64,000 nt of DNA from assembly GCA_951406725.2 (NCBI GenBank), contig OX597817.1, positions 39,556,001-39,620,000 on the forward strand, in the 5' to 3' direction. Position 1 is the stretch's first letter. The number at the start of each line of letters is the position of its first letter. The notes beneath the pieces are model-generated. The model searched no databases and was not told the origin of the DNA. It saw only the letters and a program-made list of their open reading frames with translations. Origin of the DNA: Octopus vulgaris. Lineage: Eukaryota. Of this stretch, positions 1 to 13,200 are shown one piece after another. The translations under genes and the position numbers were made by a program.

Positions 1-2304
1 CACATGGCTGTGTAGTTACGAAATTCACTTTGAAACTACATGGTTTGGGGCCATAGCACCTTGAGCAAGTATTTTTATTTTCTCCTATAGCTTCTAGTTG
101 ACCAGCGTCTTGTGAGTGAAATTTGCTTGAAGAAAATTGTAGAGCAGTATAAAAGTATAATAAATATGTATTCTACAAAAAATATTGAATAATTCTTCAA
201 GTTAATTCTGTTGTGTCTGGACAGAGTCATTTTCTTTTTGTGCCTTATAATGTAACACACTCACCGGTAAAATTTCCACTTTCTTTCTTATTTTTATTTT
301 TATAAATATGCTTCAAGACACGAACTCAAAGAATCTTACAAACAAAATCCAGAAACGAAATATAAGCTTCAAGTTAATGTTAAACCGTTTTTATATACAA
401 CTTGACATATAAAGAAGCATTAGTATACCCCAACCACAAATTCTCTCTCTCTCGCACACACACAAGCATACACACAAACACACGTGTGTGTATATACATT
501 ATGTAGAGTAAATGGTAGAAGAGTTGAAAGATAATTTGAGATTAGAGAAGATATAGTTTTCATCAAAATATAGATTGTATCTATTTGAGAAATTTAGTCG
601 ACATCTTCGAAAGCGCAAGGCAGTGATGATGATCTCTGCTTGAAGAGAATTTTCTTGTATAACCTTCATGCTTCTGTCTTCTTATTTAAAGTCTGTCCTA
701 ATGGAGTATTCAAGATAAAATGCTTATTTGTGATATCTATAAACGTTAACGGGCATTTTGTTGCTTGTTGAACGATGAACTATCTCCTAAGCAAATTTAT
801 TACTGTCGTTGATTGATTGATTGATATCTGGAAATATTTTAAGTCGAGGCAATTGGCCACTTTTTGAAAAGTTCGATTTGGTGTATAAAGGGAAATAACT
901 CGTATACTATAAAATTTAAGGGACGCAACTCATGCATAGTTGTTCGCATTATTTTTTTTTATGTGTAACACTTATGCGTTAGTGGATGTAATCGCATAAT
1001 TATTTGCATTGACACATGATTAAGCATTTATATGAGAACCTAGTGAAGAACAGTACTAAATACTGAAATATGTTTATATTGGTGATATTAATTAGACGCT
1101 CATATGGCTGTGTAATTCAGAAGTTTGCATCGATCTTATAGAGCAGTAATTTGAGAAATTCTTTCTCGATCGATTTCACTTCACAACCATGAGGTCTTTG
1201 TTTGAAACTTATCCTTTCTTACTTTGTTCATTTACTGGTTTCAGTCGTTCTTGATTGTGGTCAAACTGGGGCACTGTCTTCAAGGGATTTAGACAATTAT
1301 ATTGACCCAATTGTGCTTTGTGTGCTACTTATTTTCTTCAGCTCCATTTATGAAATGGCTAGGTCCACCTTAGAGTATGAATCTGAATATCTTTATACAT
1401 ATATGGAAAATCATCTTGTGGCTGTAGTATTATAAATCTCGTTTTATTGTTGGAAATTTTTCATTCAATTATAAAGGCTGGTTTCTTTGTGGTTTATTGA
1501 AAGACTTTTTAGTTCAGGCTAGTGGATGATGATGATACTATAATATTTTGTCACAGAGAAGCTTCTCTTAAAAGACTTTCTGTGTGAAAAATGCAGTTTA
1601 CTCAGGCTGACATCAGTGGACTGTTAGCTACCAGTGTTTCAGCTTGATCCACCTGATAAACCCTGTGTTTTTAATATGTGAAGTCTCCTAAGACTTCATG
1701 CATTAAAAGACACCAAGCATTTCTCTGACACAAAAATATTACAGTAGATGCCAGTCGACATTTGTCTATTCTTTATAAAACACATAGTTATTTTAATCTG
1801 ATGCTGTCTCAAGTGAATGAATCCATTTATTGTAGTTACGTATAGACACAGGCATGACTATGTGGTTAAGAAGTTTGCTTCCCAACCATATAGTTTGCAG
1901 GTTCAGTCCTATTGCATGGCACCTTGGGCAAGTGTCTTCTACTATAGCCCTGATGGAGTCCCAGTTAGTTAGTAAAGATAGACTTAATTTGTTGCTCAGT
2001 TTAATACAACTATAGGGATTTTGGATGTATTTAGCAGAAGCCATGATGTTGCCACATCCAGTCTAGGTTTCCAGTCTGTAGATAAATTCCTCTTGGAAGC
2101 ATCAAAAATGCCATAAGGGCTACCCTTTTACCTTTTACTGAATGATGAAGACAATGTTGGTGATTTTAGTAGCTAAACATATAAGATGGGGTCAAGCTAT
2201 CTGATCTTCCCTTTTGAAGGTATTGCTCTTGTACTCTTCATTGCGTCATACAGCAAAACTCATGCAGTTTTATATCTTTTCATTTGAAATATTCTATTTT
2301 TTAG

Positions 2305-2429
2305 ATTGAACGAATAACAGAACAAACTCAATCACAAGAAACTGCTGATGGAGCACCAGCTGTGAAGAAGGGACCGAAAGAAAGTGTAAAGAAAGCCTTA
2401 CTTAATTGGACAGCCAATGCAGTTACAAA
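2305..2429 (+). CDS. SYNE1: Nesprin exon: CH1-CH2 linker and start of CH2 (IERITEQ...[14 protein letters not shown])
   Basis: Acceptor ttttttag|ATT, donor AA|gtaata (phase 2), joining G of the next exon to give Lys. Absent from the ORF track. Confidence 0.85.
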
Positions 2430-5400
2430 GTAATAAACCATTTCTTGTCATCAATATGCATACAAGTGTAATCCCGTCAGCGGTTGCCATTTGTCTGTTT
2501 ATGCTGTTTTCATTTTACATATAGAATTCTTTGTTGTCTTCATGTGCCATCTTTTTAATTGTACACACGCACACACCCACCCATCATCACCATCAAAATT
2601 ATCTTTCAATGCCTGTAGTCTTATTTCTTTATTTCCCACAAGGGGCTAAACATAGAGAGGACAAACAAGGACAGACAAAGGGATTAAGTTGATTACATCA
2701 ACCCAGTGCATAACTGGTACTTAATTTATCAACCCCGAAAGGATGAAAGGCAAAATCAACCTCAGCGGAATTTGAACTCAGAACATAACGGCAGATGAAA
2801 TACAGCTAAGCATTTCGCCTGACGTGCTAACGCTTCTGCCAGCTTGCCGCCTTAATACCTGTATTCTATGCTGATATGGATTGGGCAATCTGACAGGGTC
2901 TGACTATCCTGAGTGCTGCGTTGGTCTACAATGTATGCTTTGGCAATGTTTCTATGACTAGATGCCTTTCTTAGTCCCAAATATATACATATGCATATAC
3001 ACACCCCCATACTTGTAAAGTTAATTTACTGAAATATGGTGTTTCTAGTAAACAGACATTCAACTTCCCTGTGAAAAGTAGAAGCTTGTAAAACCACATG
3101 TTTGTTACCTGTATGGTGCAAAAAATAAAAAAAATGAGAAGAACCTGATTAGTTTCAGTGCTTATTACTGCTTCATCAGATATTGGTAACTCAATCCCTG
3201 ATTACAGAGGGATTAACAGCTTCTATTTATAGTGTACACAAACTTGGTTAGAACTAAAGTCATTTGCCCTAATTTGTATAACAGTGCAGTATGTGTGTCT
3301 ATGTGTTGTATATAATTTTTGCATTCACACGTGCTTACACAGATATGTTATTTTGTGATCAAATTTTAAAGTCGTGTGCTGTCCACCTTAATCTGAAGTT
3401 TTCCATCAACTTTATTACAAATCATCATTGTCATGTCTCCAACCACCACCTTCTGATCACCATCATCAATACCATCACCACAAATAACCACTACCACCGT
3501 CACTACCATCACCACCACAACCACCACCACCACCTGATCACCATCATCAATACCATTACCACCACCACCACCATTTACTACCATCATCATTGTCTTTGTT
3601 GTCACTACCATTATCATTACCATCGACAACACTGTTTCATCATATAGGTAGTTTTTTTCATTCTTCCATGAGCTTGATAGTTTTGTCCATCCTACCCTTG
3701 TACACCTTACTATACCACTGCATAACACCATTATAAGCAATACTATATAATATACTATAATATATCTGAAATACAACATACATTGATGCCTACAGCAGAT
3801 TATTAACAATGACAATTAACCTGATGTCTATGAACGCAGCTTTATTTCCTAATTAATGTTCTGGCTGTTTTTATTTTCAGGCATTATGGTATCCCGGTGA
3901 CAGACTTTGGGAAGAGTTGGCGAGATGGAGTTGCTTTTAATGCCATGATACACAACATCCGTCCAGATTTGGTAGATTTAGAACGAACGAAACAACAGCC
4001 GGCCAGAGTCAATCTTGAGTATGCTTTCTCCACTGCTGAAGTCCAACTGGGAATTCCTCGGTTAATAGATGCAGAAGGTGAGTTATGTCTTTTTTTCTTT
4101 TTTTTTTTAATCTTTTATCTTTTACTTGTTTCATATTTCTTTATTGCCCACAAGGGGCTAAACACAGAGGGGACAAACAAGGACAGACAAACGGATTAAG
4201 TCGATTACATCTACCCCAGTGCGTAACTGGTACTAAATTTATCGATCCCGAAAGGATGAAAGGCAAAGTCGACCTCAGTGGAATTTGAACTCAGAATGTA
4301 ACAGCAGATGAAATACCTATTTCTTTACTGCCCACAAGGAGCTACACACAGAGGGGACAAACGGATTAAGTCGTTTATATCGACACCAGTGCGTAGCTGG
4401 TACTTAATCTATTGACCCCGAAAGGATGAAAGGCAAAGTCGACCTCGGTTGAATTTGAACTCAGAACGTAACAGCAGACAAAATACCACTAAGCGTGCTA
4501 ACATTTCTGCCAGCTCGCCTCCTCTTACTTGTTTCAGTCATTTGGATGTGGCTAAACTGGAGCACACCTTGAAGGGCTTTACTTGAACAAATCGACACCA
4601 GGACTTACTTTTTAAAGCCTAGTACTTATTCCATTGGTCTCTTCTGCTGAACTGCTAATTTATGGAGATGTAAAGACACCTGCACCAATTGTCAAATGGT
4701 GATAGGGGACAAACACACACACACTTACATGCATGTGTGTGTGTGTGTGTATATCTGTGTGTGTGTGTTTGTCTCCCATCACCGTTTGACAACTGGTACA
4801 GGTGTCTTTACATCCTCGTACACACACACAGATGCACTTGCCCTAGGTGTTATGCAGTGGGATTGAACTCAGAACCATGCAGTTGAAAAGCAAGCTTTTT
4901 ACCACACAGTCACACCTGTTTAATTTTAAAAATTTGATTTGAGTTTTTTTTTGTATAATTTGCTCAGCAGAAGGATCATATAGACGGTCCTTTCAGGGCC
5001 TGCACTGAGGAAATTTTTCTGAGACCAGAGCGTACTCTACTAGATGGACCCGGGCACATGACTGTGGCACTAAACCAGCTGATGGGATTAAGTCTACCAT
5101 CTGTAAACAAGAACAGTCCTTCTCACAGACTTTCAGATAGTTTCCATTTACCAAATTTCATTCAGAAGGTTATGGAAAAAAAAACATGCTCAAGGTGTTG
5201 AGTAGTTGGGGTTGAACCCAGAAGTATATTATTGTGAAGCAAACTTCTTAACCACACAACAATGTATACATCCATAATGTTATCGCTAAATACTGTCTGT
5301 AGCTTGTTTTAGTGTCTTCTCTAATATTATTATTCATTATTGTCTTGTTGGTCTCTTTTCCCAATTAGTCCCCCTTTCTTTTTTTCTTTCTTTCTTTTTT

Positions 5401-7196
5401 TCTTTATTTATTTCACTGTTCGAAATTTTTCTTTCCTTTCATTTGGCCTACTTTTTTTCCTCCTTTGTTGCTGTTCATCCTCATCATCCTCATCATCATC
5501 ACCATCACCATCATTACCATTTTGAATTTACCATCAGTGAATACCAAATTACACAATCCTATCAAAACGGTGGAATTAATGTCACTGAAACATCTAAGTT
5601 TGTGAGTGTATCCTGTAACAATTTGTGCATGCACACACACACACACACAAAAAATATCCATATCGACATACATGTATACATACATAGACATACATTTACA
5701 GACACACACATATACATACCTACATGTATATACAAACACACAGACTCCCTCAACTAACACATTTATGTTTATATTTGTGGTTGCGCATGTTTCTGTATGT
5801 AATATGTAAATAAATATACATGCGTGTGTATACGTGTGTATACCACATACTTACATGCTTGTCTACACACATATATATACACACATATACATAACCATAT
5901 ACATACACACAAGTGCCAGTTTCAATATATTGATTTATTTGGATAGAGTTTACTGATTCACTGAAATTATATAGAAATGGAGCAGATGAAATAGTAGAGA
6001 GAGAGATAGATAGATAGAGAGAGAGAGAGATACAATTTGTATGTTTGACAGATAATAGGTGAAAAGGTATAATAGAAAGTTTGTGTCACCCTATCACCTT
6101 CATGTGAAAACAAACTTCCACATACAAAAGCTCATATCAGGACCAGTTTGCTACCTTTAAGATAGCATGTTAGCACTTGGTTGTAACTAAATTAATATAA
6201 AGCAACAATCAAAAGAAAAAGTATAATAACCGCCAAAAGGAATTGCATTACACATAAATTGGCATTCTGTCGGTTACGATGACAAGGGTTCCAGTTGACC
6301 TGATCAACAAAACAGCCAGCTCATGAAATTAATGTGCAAGTGGCTGAGCACTCCACAGACATTCATACCCTTAATGTAGTATCCAGAGAGATTTGGTGTG
6401 GCACGATGTGACAAGACCTGGCCCTTTGAAATATGGGTATTACTCATTTTTGACAGCTGAGTGAACTGTAGCAATGTGGCTTGCTCATGGACATAATGTA
6501 CTGTTGAGAATCAAACTCATGGTCTTACAACCATCAACTAATTACCCTAACCTCTAAGCCACACGCCTCCACAAGTACTACACATGCTGTTGTTGTTAGA
6601 AACATATTGTAGGTCAATTCATTACAACGAAATAACTAGAGGTGAAGATAGTGTATAAATTATATGAATTTGTATTCTACTGAAGGTGTTATTTTGCATC
6701 TCTGTCCAAGACTAAATACTATTTACTTTAGAATAGTTACCAAATCTTTTTGGAAAACTTGATTTGTAACAGGCTAACATCATGTTTTAAAGCAGATTTG
6801 TCTCTGATGTGCCTAATACTATTAAAATCAAAAACTTACACAGCAACCACCTGCAATGTGTCTTGAGAACAGATTAGCTGTGCTTACATGCATGCTTATG
6901 CACCTGCACACACACTTGCATACACACATGCACACATACTTGCACATACACACATACTTGCACATACACACACATACTTGCACATACACACCCACACCCA
7001 CACAGACACATGCACACACACACATACACGCATAATATTTTTCTCTTTTCCTTTCACACCCAAACATCCCAAACATACTCAAACACATACTCAAAAATAC
7101 ATTCACGCACAATTACATACATATACTCACACACACTCACATATACATATTCATGCAGGCTTACATTCACTCAAACACTCACCCAACTTACATACT

Positions 7197-7239
<43 letters not shown>

Positions 7240-10200
7240 ATGTACAAACACGCACACACAATATACATACAAACTCACACCAAATCACACATACATACAT
7301 ACACACTGCTCTCTCACACACATGCACATGCATTCACTCACATACACACATTCATACATATACACACTCTGATACTTGCACTTACGCAAACACACAAATT
7401 CATACACATACAACCCTGCATATTCACACACTCATGCACAGTCACACTCATACTTACACTCGCAGTCACTCATCCTTGTCACTTGGTTACAAGAGCTTAA
7501 ACAAGGACGAAAACCATGACCAAATTGCTAATCACATTGGCAAAATGAATGAAAGAAATTCTTTTCTTTTATGCTTTTATTTGTTTCTGTCATTTAACTG
7601 TGGCCATGCTAGAGCACTACTTTGAAGTATTTTTTAGTTGAACAAATTGACCCCAGGACTTATTTCTTAAGCCTAATACTTGTTCTAGTACTTAGTCTCT
7701 TTTTGCTGAACTGTTAAGTTACAGGGACATAAACACGTCAACACTGGTTGTCAAGCGGTGATGGGGGACAAACAAAGACACACAGGCACAGACACACACA
7801 CACACACACATATCTACATATTATACGAGGGGCTTCTTTCAGTTTCCGTCTACCAAATCCACTCACAAGGCTTTGGTTGACTCGAGGCTATAGTAGAAGA
7901 CACTCAAGGTGCCATACAGTGGGACTGAACCTGGAACCATGTGGTTGGGAACCCAGCTTCTTACCACACAGTTACACCTGCGCCTTTAGGATTGTTTTGT
8001 GTCAGAGTTATAATTGTTCTGCATCTCTTTATTCACTTATAGATGTTGACGTACCAAAACCTGACGAGAAATCCATCATGACATACGTTGCACAATTTCT
8101 TAAGGCTTATCCTGAAGCTGGAGAAGATCCCGAAGTAAGTACAAGTTATTTCTTTATCATTGGTTGCATATTAAAAGACCCACACTTATTAAGTGTTCAA
8201 GTGTTTACATCAAGAGAACTGCAATCTCTAAGCAATCTGGGTATGATACTTTAAGTAGATACATTGTAAAAAGCCTGATAAGCTGTGGTATTTGTCATCA
8301 TCATCATCACCATCTGTTTTTCCATGCTGGCATGTGTTGGACAGTTTGACAGGAATTGCTCAGGCTCCGATTGTCTGTTTTGGCATGTTTTCTGCAGCTG
8401 GATGCCCTTCTTAATGTCAACCATTTTACAGAGTTTTCTCAGTGATTTTTATGTGGTATAAGCATGGATGCTTTATGTGTGGCACCAGCACAGGTGCTTT
8501 ATATGTGACATTGGCACAGGTGCTTTTCTGTGATACTGGCATGGATACTTTTTATGTGGTACCAGCATGGGTGCTTTTCTATGTGACAGTAGTAGATGAA
8601 AATCATCTAGCAGCATTGGTGGCATTGCTAAATATGTATTTCTGCCTCATTGGGCTTCAGTTGCAAGTATCCAATCACTAATTGCTTAAAGCAACAGAAC
8701 CACAATCTGTATTTACATCAAGGGAACTGCAATCATTAAATGTTTATTACTAACTATAGCAACCAACAATTTTTATAATTAAATATTATTAGGAATTGCA
8801 TAAAAAAATTGATAAAATATTTTTGTGTATTGTATAAGTATAACTAATTTATTGCAGATAAATTTTTACAAAATCTTATATGGGCCACTAAAGGCCATAT
8901 GAACTCCAGTTGAATACCACTGGTATAATCAAATGAAGCTGCGTCTGATAAAGCATACTTGCAGATTCAAAGGATTAGACATAAAGTAAAAAACTGACCA
9001 ATTAGCTGAATCAGAGCCATAGCTGAATGCTCTTACTTGTGTGACATAAATAGTGTCAGAGATGAAGCTAGTTAAAAGCTGGTAGAAGAAGCTTTTAAAT
9101 TTACTCCTGTGGAAAATAAGTTTCATCTTCATGTGTTTTGATGAGGTATTTTTCTGAAGTGTACTGTTGTATTTTTGCAGAATGCAAAAAATAGATGAAC
9201 ACCAATGAATGTATATAATTATTTACAACCAGGTGAGAGACATGGTTTGGTGGTTAGGATGTTGCTCTTGTGGTTTTAGATTGTGGTTTTGATTGCTGGA
9301 TTGGCTAATGCATTGTGTTCTTGAACAAAACACTTCATTGTACATTGCTCCACTCCACTCAGCTGGCAAAAATGAGTAATCCTGCAACAAACCAGTGTCC
9401 TGTTCAGTGGAGGAATATATATATATATATGTCACAACATCTGGGAAACTGAATCCATGGCTCAGGAAGGACCTTTGATCATTGTTTTTGATTTATATCC
9501 ACATAAATTGTGCCGGTGGCACATAAAAAGCAACAACCGAATGTGGTTGATGCCAGTGCTCCCTGACTGGCTCCCGTGCCAGTGGCATGAAAAAGTGCCC
9601 ATTACATTCTCGGAGTGGTTGGCATTAGGAAGGGCATCCAGCTGTTGAAACCTTGCCAGATAAGATTGAAGTCAGGTGCAGCTGCTTGTTTGCCAGTCCT
9701 TAGTCAAACCATCCAACCCATGCCAGCATGGAAAGCAGACATTAAACGATGATGATTATGTACAAGCATAGGTGTATGGTTAAGAAGTAGATTTCAGAAC
9801 CATTAGGGCTTCAGTGCCACAACACGGATATTGTTGGCTAATGTCCTATATTATTTAGCTGCAGGTTGACCAGAACTGTGTGAGTGAAATTAGTAATTAC
9901 TAACAGAAGAATCTTGGCATAAATATGTAAGTGCGTGTTTGTGCATATGCATGCATGTGTGTGTGCATGCATGCTTGTGTGTTTGTGCATGCATGCTTGT
10001 GTGTGTGTGTGTGTGCATGCATGCTTGTGTGTGTTTGTGTGTGTGTCAGTTCATATTACCCCTCGTTTTTATGTGTCTTTGCTGACTGTAAACAACATTC
10101 TCACTATCAATACAGGTGTTATCCTTCGCTTGCAATCAACTGGTGGTGTCAAGAGGCCTGAACATGCCATCGCAGCTGATTGCTTGCAGTCAGCAAACAC

Positions 10201-13200
10201 ACATCAAAATGAGGAGTAGTATGAATTGATTCACACAAACACACACAAGCCTGCATGCACACACAAACCTGCATGCACACACACACATACACACATACAC
10301 AAACACACATGTACAAACACACATTTGCACACACATGGACACACACACACATGCCAGGCTTCTTCAGTTTGGAATTACCAGTTTCGGTCACAAGATTTTG
10401 GTCGGCCTGCAGTTATAGTTGCATATTCTTTGTAAACAAGGGACTCATTCAGTTAATGTCATTTGTTTTCATTTCACTGTGTGTGTAATTAATGTTTTGA
10501 CTGTTTTTTTTTCAGTTTGATAGACTTAGGGATTATTATATGTATGGAAGTAGATAAGGGTTGGTGACAGGGAGAGCATGCAGCGATAGAAAGTTTGCTT
10601 CAATGAATTCCATCTGACCGCTACAAGCATGGGAAAGTGAACATTCAAACGATGATGTTGGTGATGATGATGATGATGATGGCAACAATGATGATGTTGA
10701 TAATGATGACAATATTGGTAATGGTAACGATGATGATATTGATGATGATGATGATATTGATGATGATAATGATGATGATGATGATGATGATGACAGTGAT
10801 GACTATGATGAAAGTGACAGCAATGTTGATGACAGCAACTAGATTAGAATAAATTTCATTTTGTTTGATGTTTTATAGAAATTCTCTTGTGACCATTCAT
10901 GAAGCCCTCAAAAACATCAGCCATTCTTTGAATATAAACTTTTTAATAACACTCCTCTGTTTTCCTAAACATTTCCTGCTGTTCAGTTAGATGTGTAATT
11001 ACAGAATCAATTAATCACAAAGTCTTTTTTTTTTCTCATTTTTTTTTATCTCCTGTCAACTTCTAGCGGCAGTCTTGGAGAAAATATTTCTCTTGTGTCT
11101 AGCAGAGTTTAATTAATTTATTTACTGATTTTGTTGAAATGAAATCTCAAGTTAATTCTTTCTATCTTTCACCCTAGTAATGCACTGAACCAAATATTGT
11201 GAAGTGCATGACCTAGCTTGGCATTGACTGTATATACGGCCTTCTGACAATTTGCTTTTCCCTGACCCTTAATTCATTCACCCTTTCCTTTACACAACTC
11301 ACTTTTATCGCCTTTTCAACTCTACCCCTATCTTTTTCTCAACTCTGTCACTAATCCTTTCCCTTGTCATACTCCTCCAGCTTCCCCTCTTACTTCCTCT
11401 CTTCCTAGAGTCATTGCCCATCCTCTCTTCTATTCTCTCTCTTTTATAGGGTCACTTTAGGCCCTTAGCCTTGCCAATTATGAGGCAATCATCATTAGTG
11501 CTAGTGCCATGAAAAAAATCATTTAGCATACTCTGTAAAGTGGCTGATATTAGGAGAAACATCAAGGTTTAGAAACCATACCAAAGAAGACATTGGAGTG
11601 TGATGCAGTCTTCCAAATTGTCAGACCCTGTCAAACCATCTAACTCATGCCAGCATGGAGGCCAGATGTTAAATGATGATGATGATGATAATGATGATCT
11701 GTTGTGACACTTAAATGAATTGATTTATTTGAGAAACTTTCCAACCGGGTTTGTATTTTGTCACCATCACCAACACCATCTTTAATGATGTTGTTTGCAT
11801 CATCATCATCATCATCATCTTACAGCTATAGAATAAACAGCCAAGGTTGGTGATGTAGTGATATTAGGTTAATTTGTCCCTGAATATTGAGCCATTTTAA
11901 AAATACTCTCTCCATGATTTTATCTAAAATTTAAAAAACTGTCATCATTTGAATGTCCACTTTTCCATGCTTGAAGAACTCAAACAGAACTCTCTGAGCT
12001 AGATTTTCTGTGACCAGATGCTCTTCCTGTTGCCAACTTTCATTTGTTTTCTAGCAAAGTAATATTTCCTCATGACAAGGCATGTTTCCATAAAAGACTG
12101 GAAATGAACGACATTGCTTGTATGATGGTGACGCTCATTTACAACTATCATGTGACATGAAGATAAGAAGGCATACACACACATGACAGGCTTCTTTCAG
12201 TTTCTCTCTTCCAAATCCATTCAAAAGTTTGGGGCTATAGTGGAAAACACTTTTCCAAGGTGCCATGCAGCAGGACTGAACCTGAAAAGACATGGTTGGG
12301 AAACAAACTTCTTAAACACCTAACCATGCCTGCACCTATTAAAATGTGTTTACATATTTAAATTTATAATTTCCTTTGTTTATTTTCAGGTGAGGAAAAA
12401 ACGTAAATCTGCCAATACCCCTGAGGCTGAACTCCAACAATTCCAAGATCTCTTAAAATGGTTAGAATCCGCAGAGGAAATCCTGCAGATCATTTATCAA
12501 CCACTCACTGATCGTGATCCAGAATACCTGGTGAGACTTGTTTTAAAACATTTTTGCTTTTGCCATTTTGTTTAGAAGTGATATTTTTATACACTTTTAA
12601 CCCTTTCGATGCTGATCCTCCTGAGACTTCCCCTAATTCTCTGACGGAAACTTTCTGTTTCAAAGGATCTAAATGAAGACCTATCATTGAAATTTCATGT
12701 TAATTTATGTTCCAGACAGCAGCTTGATAATAAATAAGTTCATCATCATCATCATCCTCATCATCGTTTAACATTCATCTTCCAATGATGATAATGATGA
12801 CAATGACAATGATGAATGTAACCATTATCAAGCTGTTGTCAAGTATTTCATTAAATTTTTCCTCATTTAAAAAATTATTTGAAATGAAGTTAGTGTGTTT
12901 CAATAGAAATATAAGTAACAAAAGGTTTAACATTTATATAATAAATTAAGTTAATACCTTGTCATTGTTTAGTTCATGATCAGCAGTGATCAAGTATATC
13001 TATGAACTGAGGACTTTTAACCTTGACTATGATGATTTTGTATATATCCAGGAGTATCTTGTCCAATGTGTCCTTTGTTTTTAAGCTGGTAGAAATCATA
13101 CCAAAGTAGACATTGGAATTCTGACTCATCAGTTCATGTTGTCCAACCTATACAAGCATGGGAAAATGTTAAATGATGATGATGTTAAAATTTGAGTGAA

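Noticed and set aside
6888-7625. Long His/Thr-rich ORFs, and similar ones at 3291, 5413, 10637, 56387, 57816 and 62447
   Set aside because: They are translations of CA, TA and CAT microsatellites, open in several frames on both strands, with no splice or domain support.
2305-8134. Dystrophin, alpha-actinin, plectin or beta-spectrin identity
   Set aside because: FGKSWRDG and MTYVAQFL, plus divergent repeats with no plakin domain, fit nesprin better. The KASH domain is outside the window, so this is not fully confirmed.
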